NCBI GenBank assembly: GCA_964566495.1
Contig: CAZMIT010000003.1
Coordinates: 1-42,511, forward strand
Direction of reading: 5' to 3'
Source: an uncultured bacterium
GTDB taxonomy: Bacteria > T1Sed10-126
Length of the DNA: 42,511 nucleotides
The notes below the pieces were generated by a model. It had not been told where the DNA came from. It worked only from the letters and a program-made list of their open reading frames with translations, and ran no database searches. Below, piece by piece: positions 1-9,014 of the stretch (the stretch's first letter is position 1; each line of letters opens with the position of its first letter). Position numbers and translations under genes: made by a program.

Positions 1-1
1 C

Positions 2-1729
2 GATATCCTTCATTCCCTCGAGCTGATCAACACTTACTCCATAAGCATCAGCTACGGCTTCATTTGCCAGGATGTATTTACCCTCACTGTCTTTAGCCCA
101 GATCAACTGGGGCAGCAGATCAATAATCTGACGCAGCCTCTGACGGGCTTCCTTTACCGCCTCCTCTTTTCTCTTTTGTTCGGTGATATCGGTAACAATG
201 CCAATCATACGTCGGGTCCCGTCAACGTCCTCAACCAGATCAGCCCGTGCTCGCCCCCACTTCTGACCGCCAGTTTTGCTCTTAATTCGATATTGTGTCT
301 GGAAGGTTTCCCCCGTGGAAATGGTTTGTTCAATCTCCTCTTCCAGGACCGGTCGATCGTCCGGATGAACAAATTTGGCGAACGCTTCGTAAGTGCCCTC
401 AAAGCTACCGGGGTCAAGCCCGAACAGACGTTCCATTGACTCGGACCAGATAACCTCGTCGGTCTCCAGGTTCCACTCCCAGACGCCGGTATCCGTTCCA
501 TCAAGGGCCAGGGAGAGCCGCTGTTCAGTTGCTTTTAATCTTTGTTCGCGTTGTTTCTGTTCCGTTATGTCCACGGTAATCCCCAGTGTACCTGTTATTT
601 CTTCGTCTTCATTCAAAACTGGCTGAACACTGAAGAGCGCGGGAAATTTCTCGCCCGACTTGCGGACCAGGTTGGTTTCTATGGTGAAACCCTCTTTTCC
701 TCTTCTTAATCTTTCGACATACTCCGAAAGTTCTTCGGAGCTTTCTTCCGTGTGAAGAAAAGCTACGTGACGACCAATTACTTCCTCGCTCTCGTAACCA
801 AATATTTCCTCGGCCCCGCTGCTAAACTCCTCGATTACTGAGTTAAGATCAGTTTTGATCAGACTAACTGTCCGCGTCGCCTCAAAAATTGACTCAAGCT
901 CCCGTTTCCGAGCTTTGATCTCCTCTTCCATCTTTTTGCGCCTTGTAATTTCCCTCGTGATCCCCAGGACGGATTTCTCACCCCGGTAATTTATTGCCAC
1001 CTTTTTTGTCTGGAACCAGTGTTTATTCCCCTGAGCGTCAGTTATCTCTTCCTCATTTATTTGTTTTTCTCCTGACTTAAGCGCCGCCTCATCATCCCGA
1101 CGAAAATCTTCGGCTTCGGCGTCCGTAGGGCTAAGATCCCGGTCTGTCTTCCCAATAATTTCCTCAGCCGGGGCGTCAAAAAGCTCCTCAAGATCCCGGT
1201 TTACCAGTTGATAACGTCCTTCCTTATCCTTGATAAATATACAGTCCGGAGCATTGTTAATCAGGGTGGAAAAGGATTCCCGGCTCTCCTCAAGCTCCCG
1301 GTTCGACCTTTTTAGTAAATTTTGCTGTCTCTGATTTTCTTTGGCCCAGGCCCGGATCGCCAGTGCCAGGGCTAGCGCTCCCCCCAAAAGCGCCCCCTCC
1401 TCCAACAGTGCCTTCAATAGGTCCGGATGCTGGTAGAAATTTTCAATTAAATCGGTTAGAGCATAGTTAAAAACCAGCGCAAAGCCCAGCAGAAACAAGT
1501 AACCTACATGTCTCCGCACGTTTTGTTTCAAAAAAGGAAGACCCCGTAATGTAAAATATAACAACGAAACACTAATCAGGAGAGCAAGACCAGCCTCCAA
1601 AACAATTGTTACTGACAATTCCGGCAACTGGTCCTGAAGCGGTAAAAGAAAGAGCTGTAACAAAGCTATAAATAAGATTACCCCAAAAGCTATCAAACCA
1701 AAAGTGAACAACCGCTTATCATCATTCAA
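2..1729 (-). CDS. Membrane-bound multi-PAS sensor protein (probably histidine kinase or cyclase), 3' end outside the window
   Basis: Absent from the ORF track because it runs off the edge. Translated by hand at several points in one frame: TTG at 1729 after GGAG; hydrophobic N-terminal helices; PAS repeats such as FSTLINNAPDCIFIKDKEGRYQLVN (~1270-1200) and LRQIIDLLPQLIWAKDSEGKYILANEAVADAYG (~136-38). Output domain not visible. Confidence 0.85.
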   Translation of the reverse strand, partial: MNDDKRLFTFGLIAFGVILFIALLQLFLLPLQDQLPELSVTIVLEAGLALLISVSLLYFTLRGLPFLKQNVRRHVGYLFLLGFALVFNYALTDLIENFYQHPDLLKALLEEGALLGGALALALAIRAWAKENQRQQNLLKRSNRELEESRESFSTLINNAPDCIFIKDKEGRYQLVNRDLEELFDAPAEEIIGKTDRDLSPTDAEAEDFRRDDEAALKSGEKQINEEEITDAQGNKHWFQTKKVAINYRGEKSVLGITREITRRKKMEEEIKARKRELESIFEATRTVSLIKTDLNSVIEEFSSGAEEIFGYESEEVIGRHVAFLHTEESSEELSEYVERLRRGKEGFTIETNLVRKSGEKFPALFSVQPVLNEDEEITGTLGITVDITEQKQREQRLKATEQRLSLALDGTDTGVWEWNLETDEVIWSESMERLFGLDPGSFEGTYEAFAKFVHPDDRPVLEEEIEQTISTGETFQTQYRIKSKTGGQKWGRARADLVEDVDGTRRMIGIVTDITEQKRKEEAVKEARQRLRQIIDLLPQLIWAKDSEGKYILANEAVADAYGVSVDQLEGMKDI

Positions 1730-1906
1730 AACAGAACACTCCAAAAATCAAGATACCAGACCCAGGACAGACGAACAGACCACAGCCTGGCTGCAGGATA
1801 AACTTCTTGTCTATTGTATCACTTATCTTTCAAAAGTTTGGTCTTAATTTTTTAGAACTTACTGATATATTTTCAAAAAACGCCTATAATAAAGAGAGAC
1901 GTAATT

Positions 1907-2065
1907 GTCACTGCGGGCTTGACCCGCAAATCATTTTTTTACCCCCCTTTGTCTTTCCCCCTTGAAGGGGGGAAAAGGAAAGTGGGGATGGTCTTGAACG
2001 ATAACCGTTTAAAATTCAACATGGATTCCGGGTCACGCTCCTTATAATCGCTTGTCCGTAATGAC
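1907..2065. repeat. REPIN-like palindromic repeat (REP hairpin, C/G-rich hairpin, inverted REP)
   Basis: GTCACTGCGGGCTTGACCCGC...CCCCCTTTGTCTTTCCCCCTTGAAGGGGGGAAAAGGAAAG...GGATTCCGGGTC...GTAATGAC. Near-identical inverted copy at 42272-42398; partial copy at 16965-17046. Confidence 0.9.
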
Positions 2066-2144
2066 GGAATACCTGATAATTTATTAGATCACACTAAACA
2101 CTTACACTAAATTCAAGTAATACGGTTAACGAAAGGGCAAATTA

Positions 2145-2522
2145 ATGGAAACAACAGTTTTACTGGTTGAAGACGACAACAACATGAGAATGCTTCTGGA
2201 GCATTTACTAAAAAGAAATGATATGCAGGTAATCAGCTTCGAGGACGGACAATCAGCAGTGGAATACATCCAGACCAACCCGCCGGCCGAACTTGCACTG
2301 CTCGACCTCTATCTACCCTTTAAAAACGGTTTTGAAATCCTCAAGGAGCTTAAAAAATCTGAGTCCTGGGAAAATATTCCAACAGTCATGATCACCGCTT
2401 CAGATGCGGGCGATGACATGGAGAAAGCTTTTCGGTTAGGGGCCGATGATTACATAGAAAAACCAATAGACACCCGCAAAACGATCGCTCGCATTAATAA
2501 ATTTCTCAAAACTAACTCGTGA
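2145..2522 (+). CDS. Single-domain response regulator (CheY-like receiver)
   Basis: VLLVEDD, LALLDLYLP (phospho-Asp), MITA, YIEKP motifs. Confidence 0.95.
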   Translation: METTVLLVEDDNNMRMLLEHLLKRNDMQVISFEDGQSAVEYIQTNPPAELALLDLYLPFKNGFEILKELKKSESWENIPTVMITASDAGDDMEKAFRLGADDYIEKPIDTRKTIARINKFLKTNS

Positions 2523-3595
2523 CTACGATAAGCCAAATTATCAGCTTAATTCCCGCCTACCTGAGATTTGCGATCTTCATCGGTATGCTTATAGTCGCTG
2601 TTTCTTTGACTGTCCTGCTAATTGCTTTGCAACTACAGAAAAAACGTTCCAGACACCAGAAATTACATAAAAAAACTATAAAAATTTACCGTCCCCTGCT
2701 CTTTCAGTGGCTTTCAGGTGAAACTCCCGAGTTGCCAAAACCAACAGCAGACCTTGAGCCCTACCTGCTAGAGTTATGGAACGACCTTTATGAAAAGGTT
2801 GAAGAAACTGAACGACTCAGGCTCAGGGAGGCCGCAAAAAAAATTAAATTAAATGAAATAGCACACCGCTACCTGGATGGAAAAAAGCTGGAGCTAAAAA
2901 TTTTAGCGATAATCACACTTGGGGCTCTTAAGGATAAATCAACTGTTGAAGAAATGCTTGAACTATGCAACTCGGACAGACCACTTGTCCGGTTACAGGC
3001 AATCCGAGCTTTACTGGGTCCTGCCCCTAAAAAGGCTCTTAAGTATATATTTGATGACGTGCTTAAAAATCCCGAGAGACCGGTCAACTACTATCTCAAA
3101 TACTGCCGTGAAGTTGACCGGAAACTGCTCACCGACTATCTGTTAAAACGACTAAAACAGACGCCGGAAGAAAAATTAGCGCAACTGCTTCCCTTTCTGG
3201 AAGCTGCGGACAACACCGCTGGCGCAGATTATTTACGACAACATTTGCAAACCTGGCAAAACGAAGAAACCCTTGCCCGAGGGCTGCGTGTGCTCCGGCG
3301 TGTTGGGCGTCCTCAGGACGAAGAGATTGTCCTGGAGTTTTTATCGCATCCGACTTATTTTGTTCGAATACAGGCAGCTCGGGTGCTCGGCGAACTGGGC
3401 AGCCGTCAATCGTTAGACGCTCTGCTGGAGACTTTAGGTGACGGTGACTGGTGGGTTCGGACCCGGGCCGCCGAAGCCTTAGCAAACCTACCGGCAGTAT
3501 CAATGGAAGAGTTGGAAAACCGGGCTGAAACTCTTAATGACAAATTCGCGCGCGACGCACTATACAAAGCGCTGGAACTGAAGGTTAAAAAATGA
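2519..3595 (+). CDS. Membrane-anchored HEAT-repeat protein
   Basis: N-terminal TM helix; HEAT_2-like repeats (FVRIQAARVLGELG, WWVRTRAAEALANL); 4-bp overlaps with both neighbours. Confidence 0.9.
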   Translation: MTTISQIISLIPAYLRFAIFIGMLIVAVSLTVLLIALQLQKKRSRHQKLHKKTIKIYRPLLFQWLSGETPELPKPTADLEPYLLELWNDLYEKVEETERLRLREAAKKIKLNEIAHRYLDGKKLELKILAIITLGALKDKSTVEEMLELCNSDRPLVRLQAIRALLGPAPKKALKYIFDDVLKNPERPVNYYLKYCREVDRKLLTDYLLKRLKQTPEEKLAQLLPFLEAADNTAGADYLRQHLQTWQNEETLARGLRVLRRVGRPQDEEIVLEFLSHPTYFVRIQAARVLGELGSRQSLDALLETLGDGDWWVRTRAAEALANLPAVSMEELENRAETLNDKFARDALYKALELKVKK

Positions 3596-4974
3596 CTTAT
3601 TATCTGGAGACTTTTTTCCTGGCTTACTTTTTTTCGATAAATACAATCTATTTGCTACTCAGCATAACCGCTTTGTTCGCAATAAAAAATTATATGGAAA
3701 TGACTCATTTCACACGGCTTGGGGGGGAGCTGTCCGAAGTTATGCCCCCAATTACCGTGCTTGTCCCCGCTTTTAACGAAGAAAATTCCATTGTAGAGAC
3801 AGCTCGTTCCCTCAGTCAACTCCGATATCCCAATTTAGAGTTAATTGTCATTGACGACGGTTCGACAGACAAAACTGCCGACCGATTGATCAACAGCTTT
3901 GATATGAAGGAATCCCTGGAAAAATATCGTGAGGAAATTAAAACCAGAGATTTAAACACTATTTACCGTTCACAACAGTACGATAATTTAAAGCTGGTGA
4001 GAAAAGAGAACGGCGGAAAAGCCGACGCCCTGAACGTCGGAATAAATATCGCCCGTTCACCCCTGATTTGCTGTATCGACGGTGATTCGGTGTTGGAACC
4101 GGAAAGTTTAACAAAAATTGTCCAGCCCTTTTTACTTGATTCACGCACAGTTGCCAGCGGGGGGACTGTCCGCGTCGCCAACGGCTGCCAGATCAAGGAC
4201 GGGTTTATGCTTAAAGCAGGTCTCCCAAATAAATTTTTGCCCCTGCTTCAGGTGCTTGAATACCTGCGGGCTTTTCTCTTTGGCCGCATGGGCTGGGAAC
4301 CATTAAACGGACTGATGATAATATCGGGAGCTTTCGGTGTCTTTAAGCGGAAAACACTTCTCGAAATCGGCGGATATCACACGGACAATGTCGCCGAGGA
4401 CATGGAGGTTATCATCCGGCTCCACCGCCGGCTCAGCGAAGAGGAAAAAAACTACCGGATTCACTACGTTCCCGACCCTGTATGCTGGACCGAGGTTCCC
4501 TCTGACATTAACAGCCTCCGCAGCCAGAGAATACGCTGGCAGCACGGACTCATGCAGAGCACATACAAAAATATATCACTTCTTTTCAAGTCGGGCAGCG
4601 GCGCTGCCGGCTGGCTGGCTTTTCCCTATCAGCTAATATTTGAAGGACTTGGAGCTGCCGTCGAAACAGTAGGATACTTTTACCTTGGTCTGGGAATAAT
4701 TTTTGGCTTTACCGCTCCCCCAATGGCCATCGCGTTTTTCTTTATCTCAATAGCTTACGGTATTTTTCTCTCAGTCATTACCTTTCTGATCGAGGTTATT
4801 TCATTTGACATTTACAAATCACGCGAAGCATTCAGTAAGCTCTTCCTGGCCGCTTTGCTGGAAAATTTAGGCTATCGGCAGGTGAACTCACTCTGGCGAT
4901 TTTACGGCCTACTCCGTTCTTTAAGGAAAGGAAGTGGTAGCTGGGGTGAAATTTCTAAAAAAGGCTTTGACTAA
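3592..4974 (+). CDS. Processive glycosyltransferase family 2 (PgaC/IcaA-like)
   Basis: VPAFNEE, IDDGS, GGKADALN, DGD, AED, QRIRW (QxxRW) motifs plus TM helices. Confidence 0.93.
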   Translation: MTYYLETFFLAYFFSINTIYLLLSITALFAIKNYMEMTHFTRLGGELSEVMPPITVLVPAFNEENSIVETARSLSQLRYPNLELIVIDDGSTDKTADRLINSFDMKESLEKYREEIKTRDLNTIYRSQQYDNLKLVRKENGGKADALNVGINIARSPLICCIDGDSVLEPESLTKIVQPFLLDSRTVASGGTVRVANGCQIKDGFMLKAGLPNKFLPLLQVLEYLRAFLFGRMGWEPLNGLMIISGAFGVFKRKTLLEIGGYHTDNVAEDMEVIIRLHRRLSEEEKNYRIHYVPDPVCWTEVPSDINSLRSQRIRWQHGLMQSTYKNISLLFKSGSGAAGWLAFPYQLIFEGLGAAVETVGYFYLGLGIIFGFTAPPMAIAFFFISIAYGIFLSVITFLIEVISFDIYKSREAFSKLFLAALLENLGYRQVNSLWRFYGLLRSLRKGSGSWGEISKKGFD

Positions 4975-4999
4975 TCGGTGTTTATTGCCTATTGATTCA

Positions 5000-6313
5000 T
5001 TAAAATCGATAGTTAAAACCAAAACTGTAGGTCCTTCGGTCCGGCTCATCGTCGTAAACGACCTGTTCATAAGAGAGTTTTAATCCCTGTTGTTGCGTTA
5101 GATAGGTCTGCCAGGCGAAGCCAACGGAATGGGAGTCAAGGCTGACTTTCTCTTCGACAAACTGATCCTGGCGACGTCCTTTCCCGTAACTGCCCGAAAT
5201 TTCAAGATAATTGTCTCCGTCACCGTGATAATAATTGCGCAGCATCAGCTGGCTTAACAAGCCACCGCTGTCGGCGCGAGAATAGTCAAGTTTTAATCTT
5301 CCAAACCAATTTTTGTAATAATACTCAAAACCGGTTCCGTATATATCGACTTCCGTTTCGCTAAATTCAAGACGCCGATAACTTAGCAGGCCAAAAAGGT
5401 CGTCGACTACATTTTGATGAAACTCTACCCGCAGATCATGATCCGGCAAATAATCATCAGAGCGAGACGAGCTGTAGTAGCCCAGGCTTCCCCAGGCACC
5501 AGTCCAAAGTTCAGTGAAATAACCGGTCACTCCATAAGCATTCTGATAGTCTCCAAAACGTTTTTCGCGGCGCAGTTCAAGATTTAATGAGCCCTTTTCA
5601 AACCGGCGCGAGGCCAGGAGCTGGTAGGCACGCCAGGAATCCTTGCCGTCAACATCAACGTAGTCGTAGCTGGTGGTCAAAACCCAATTTCTTGCACCAA
5701 ACTCACGTTCGAGGCTCCAGCGGTGCTCGAGTTGCAGTAAAAGTCGCTGAACTTCAGTCTCGTCAGCACTCCACTCACGAGCCGCCTCCAGATCCGAAAG
5801 GGCCTCCTCCAGGTTATTTTCGGCAATCAAAAGACGCGCCCGGGCAAGATAAATATCTCCCCGTTCCGGGTCCTGTTCCAGCGCCCTATTGTAAGCAGAC
5901 AGCGCCGCCTGTGAACGGCCGCTGTAGAACTTAACGTTACCGAGCAGATGCCAGTGGTCGGCATAATCATCGCCCGCTTCAATAGCCTCCCGCAGGTCAC
6001 TCTCAGCGGCGTCGTAGTTGCCGCTCCAGGTGTGCACAAGGGCACGCAGCAGTAGCAAGTCCGGGTCCCCGGGATATTCCTCCAGTAGCTCGGAATAGAG
6101 CTCAAGCGCCTCCGTCGACTTACCGGCTTCTGCCAGCGCCCGCCCCAGTTCAACACGACCGGAATAGCTGTATGGATACTCTGTCGTGTCAGCATCTATT
6201 TGCTTGAGGTAATCAGGATGCGACTCGGGCACAGCGGCCCTGATTGAGGAAGGTATCCAGAACTGAACTATCAGTATAAACAAGGTTAGTAAATAAAATT
6301 TATTGCGCTTCAT
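5000..6313 (-). CDS. TPR + YaiO-like outer-membrane beta-barrel protein
   Basis: Signal peptide, TPR repeats, aromatic beta-strand C-domain ending YSFGFNYRF (terminal Phe beta-signal); GT2/HEAT neighbourhood typical of YaiO-family genes. Confidence 0.82.
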   Translation of the reverse strand: MKRNKFYLLTLFILIVQFWIPSSIRAAVPESHPDYLKQIDADTTEYPYSYSGRVELGRALAEAGKSTEALELYSELLEEYPGDPDLLLLRALVHTWSGNYDAAESDLREAIEAGDDYADHWHLLGNVKFYSGRSQAALSAYNRALEQDPERGDIYLARARLLIAENNLEEALSDLEAAREWSADETEVQRLLLQLEHRWSLEREFGARNWVLTTSYDYVDVDGKDSWRAYQLLASRRFEKGSLNLELRREKRFGDYQNAYGVTGYFTELWTGAWGSLGYYSSSRSDDYLPDHDLRVEFHQNVVDDLFGLLSYRRLEFSETEVDIYGTGFEYYYKNWFGRLKLDYSRADSGGLLSQLMLRNYYHGDGDNYLEISGSYGKGRRQDQFVEEKVSLDSHSVGFAWQTYLTQQQGLKLSYEQVVYDDEPDRRTYSFGFNYRF

Positions 6314-6383
6314 TTTTATCCCTCAAATCAGTTGGATTATCTGATCGTAAAATTAATTTAATTGTTTTCTCCCACCAATTCGT

Positions 6384-6667
6384 TTACAAATGAAGGAGGT
6401 GCTTATTATCGGATTTTTAAATCTCATTAACTTCGACAAAAGGTTTTGGACCCTTCGTATACGGATTTATAGAAATTAGTAGCCCTGGATGGGCTGGTTA
6501 CTAATTTCTATACCTCGGAGATTCGCTGGATGCGAATCGAGAATGAGTAACGAAAGGGTCCAAAACTATATTCTGCTTTGGGATTTCTACAATGCCGGTG
6601 ATTTAAACCTCAGAGCAGCCTGGATGGCCGCGAGAATGAGATAATAAGATACCTCCTTCATCTATAA
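6384..6667. other. Nested, highly structured intergenic element (candidate ncRNA or non-autonomous mobile element)
   Basis: Outer IR 6390-6410/6640-6661, inner IR 6443-6458/6550-6566, 14-bp perfect stem 6468-6481/6499-6512, three CTGGATG-capped hairpins, and junction motifs CGGATT, CCTCRGAG and CGAGAATGAG each present twice. Confidence 0.8.
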
Positions 6668-6702
6668 CACATCTGTAACCATACCCCTGGAAGATTACAA
6701 TT

Positions 6703-7632
6703 TCATTTTGTTGCTGATTCAATTAACAGACCGATGAGAATACCAACGTCACTTACAATAGCCTCTTTTGCAGCGCTCCTGTCGATAATTTTTTCAAGAA
6801 TGTAGAGGCCGGGAATAATAACGTCTTCACGCCCCGTCATAATCTGCGGCAAACGAGCTATCTCTTTGAACGTGAGTGCCTCCAACCGGCTGCGTATCGA
6901 GCGTAACTGCTCAATTAAAATGTGTTCCCCGTGAACTAAATTGGGATCGTATTCTTCCAGCTCTAATTTTAAAGCTGCCAGAGTAGTTCCGGTGCCACCG
7001 GCGACATAGAGCCTGTTTTTGTTAAAATCAGAGCCTGAAAATACTGTTTTTAACTGTTTTAAGACACAAGTCGTCATTTTTTTCTCCCAGCGCTGGCCGG
7101 CAACACATTTTTCACGCAGACTAACCACCCCGACCGGGAAACTCTCGAGGTTAACTATTTCTCCGGCTTCATAATTTATAATCTCCGTACTACCGCCCCC
7201 AATATCGGCCACTACCCCTTCACTCGCCAGTGGCAGCGATGCTTTAACCCCCTTATAAATCAACGCTGCCTCTTGCTGGCCAGAAATTATCTCAGGACTA
7301 CAGCCAATAATTTTTTCTACCTCTTCCAGCAGCGTGTCGCTATTTTTCACCCGCCGGCAGGCACTGGTTGCTATTGCCCCTGCCCAGTTCCCAGCCTCTG
7401 CTTTCACCTGGCGGTCATAATCCTCAACCGCAGCGAGAACTCGCTCAATAGCCCGGGGACTTAGCCGGCCTTCGTCATCGACCCCTTCACCGAGCCGGGT
7501 TACCCGGGAACCACGACAGACCACGTCGGCCAAGTCAAACTTATCATCAGTTGGTCGAGCAAGCAGGAAGCGGGTGGAATTAGTCCCCAGGTCCAGGACG
7601 GCGCGTGGAGGGGTAGAGTTAATTTTGCCCAC
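6703..7632 (-). CDS. ppx: Ppx/GppA family exopolyphosphatase
   Basis: DLGTNSTR, TRLGEGVD, ATSACR, DIGGGSTE, GREDVI motifs. Confidence 0.92.
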   Translation of the reverse strand: MGKINSTPPRAVLDLGTNSTRFLLARPTDDKFDLADVVCRGSRVTRLGEGVDDEGRLSPRAIERVLAAVEDYDRQVKAEAGNWAGAIATSACRRVKNSDTLLEEVEKIIGCSPEIISGQQEAALIYKGVKASLPLASEGVVADIGGGSTEIINYEAGEIVNLESFPVGVVSLREKCVAGQRWEKKMTTCVLKQLKTVFSGSDFNKNRLYVAGGTGTTLAALKLELEEYDPNLVHGEHILIEQLRSIRSRLEALTFKEIARLPQIMTGREDVIIPGLYILEKIIDRSAAKEAIVSDVGILIGLLIESATK

Positions 7633-7796
7633 TTGCTATCACCTGTAAGATTCACTGCTGTTTTATCCGAGCTAAGTCAAACCTGGGTTACCATTTGCTC
7701 ACAACAATAGCGGATGAACCTTAAGTTGTATTAAGTGTATAACAATTTTGTGAAAAAGTGTTATACTTTCTAAAAATTTTTTGGGAGGTAAATAAA

Positions 7797-9014
7797 ATGA
7801 GACGAACCAATTCTTACATTCATCCCTCACTTATAGTTGCGGCGGGGACGTTGATTATGCTTGTGCTGGGCGTGGCTTACGTCTGGGGAGTTTATGTCGA
7901 CCCTTTAATTGAGGAGTTTGGCTGGTCGGGAGCCCAGGCTTCTCTGCCCTTTTCGATCTTTCTTTTGCTCTACACGATTGGAATGATCCTCGGAGGCTGG
8001 CTGCAGGACCTTTACGGCCCACGTCCCGTCTGTTTGGCAGGAGCAGTAATCTTCAGCTCAGGATACCTGTTAAGCGGGTTTTCTACCGGTCTCATCTTCC
8101 TCTGTTTAACCTACGGTGTGCTCGGCGGACTGGGAACCGGATTCGCCTACGTAACGCCGGTTACAACCGTGGTCAAGTGGTTCCCTGAGCGAAAAGGCTT
8201 AATGAGCGGACTTGTTATTTTTGGATTTGGAGCCGGCTCCTTTATCCTCTCACCACTGGCTAATTTTATAATAGAAGTATACGGCTGGCAGACCGCGTTT
8301 TTAAGTCTTGGCGTTGGTTTTTTAGGATTAACCACGCTGGCATCCACAGTAATGGTTTTGCCACCGAAGAAGCTAATGGATGAAAACAAAGAAAACAATG
8401 TTCATGAATCAATGATGAATCTAACACCATTGGAGACGGTTCAAACTTCAACCTTCTGGCTGGCCTGGACGGCCTGGTTTTTAGCTCTTACCGTTGGTCT
8501 GGGTACAATGGGTCACGTTGTCTACTACGCTGAAGGGACAGGCGTTCAACCAATGGCGGCCGCTTTTATTCTCAGTGTTATTGCCGTCTTCAATGGCCTC
8601 GGCCGCGTCAGCATGGGGGCGATCTCGGATGAGGTCGGCCACCTACTGCTGTTGGGACTGGCCTGCCTGGCGATGGGAAGCTCAGCAGTTATGTTCAACC
8701 TTTCCGCTGGCCTGACCTGGGCTTTCTACCTCTCAGGGGTGGTGTTTGGACTGGCCTTCGGTGCTCTGCTCATACTTTATCCGGTGGTTACCTCGGACCT
8801 GTTTGGAATTGAGAACATGGGGGCAAACTACGGTCTGCTATTTTCCAGCTACGGCATTGGCGGGCTGTTAGGACCAGTAATTTACGGACAATTATATGAC
8901 ATTATCGGTGACTATAACCTGATTTTCTTGATCTCAACTATCGGCTGCAGTATTGCGGTTGGACTTGTTTTATTGCTACGTATGCAGTTCAAAAAATTTC
9001 AAAAAACTAAATAG
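7797..9014 (+). CDS. MFS transporter, OFA (oxalate/formate antiporter-like) family
   Basis: About 12 TM helices; GWLQDLYGPR, KWFPERKGLMSG and FG..NMGANYG motifs. ATG at 7797 follows GGAGG and is preferred over 7758. Confidence 0.9.
   Translation: MRRTNSYIHPSLIVAAGTLIMLVLGVAYVWGVYVDPLIEEFGWSGAQASLPFSIFLLLYTIGMILGGWLQDLYGPRPVCLAGAVIFSSGYLLSGFSTGLIFLCLTYGVLGGLGTGFAYVTPVTTVVKWFPERKGLMSGLVIFGFGAGSFILSPLANFIIEVYGWQTAFLSLGVGFLGLTTLASTVMVLPPKKLMDENKENNVHESMMNLTPLETVQTSTFWLAWTAWFLALTVGLGTMGHVVYYAEGTGVQPMAAAFILSVIAVFNGLGRVSMGAISDEVGHLLLLGLACLAMGSSAVMFNLSAGLTWAFYLSGVVFGLAFGALLILYPVVTSDLFGIENMGANYGLLFSSYGIGGLLGPVIYGQLYDIIGDYNLIFLISTIGCSIAVGLVLLLRMQFKKFQKTK

Noticed and set aside
176..626. Short ORFs in the track at the left end
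   Set aside because: They overlap the long minus-strand PAS gene that the track missed.
6443..6566. Hammerhead ribozyme
   Set aside because: A three-way junction is present, but no CUGANGA/GAAA core on either strand.
6481..6631. CsrB/RsmZ-like sRNA, from GGA-containing loops
   Set aside because: Only three loops, and they read CTGGATG rather than the ANGGA/AGGA consensus; not enough to name it.
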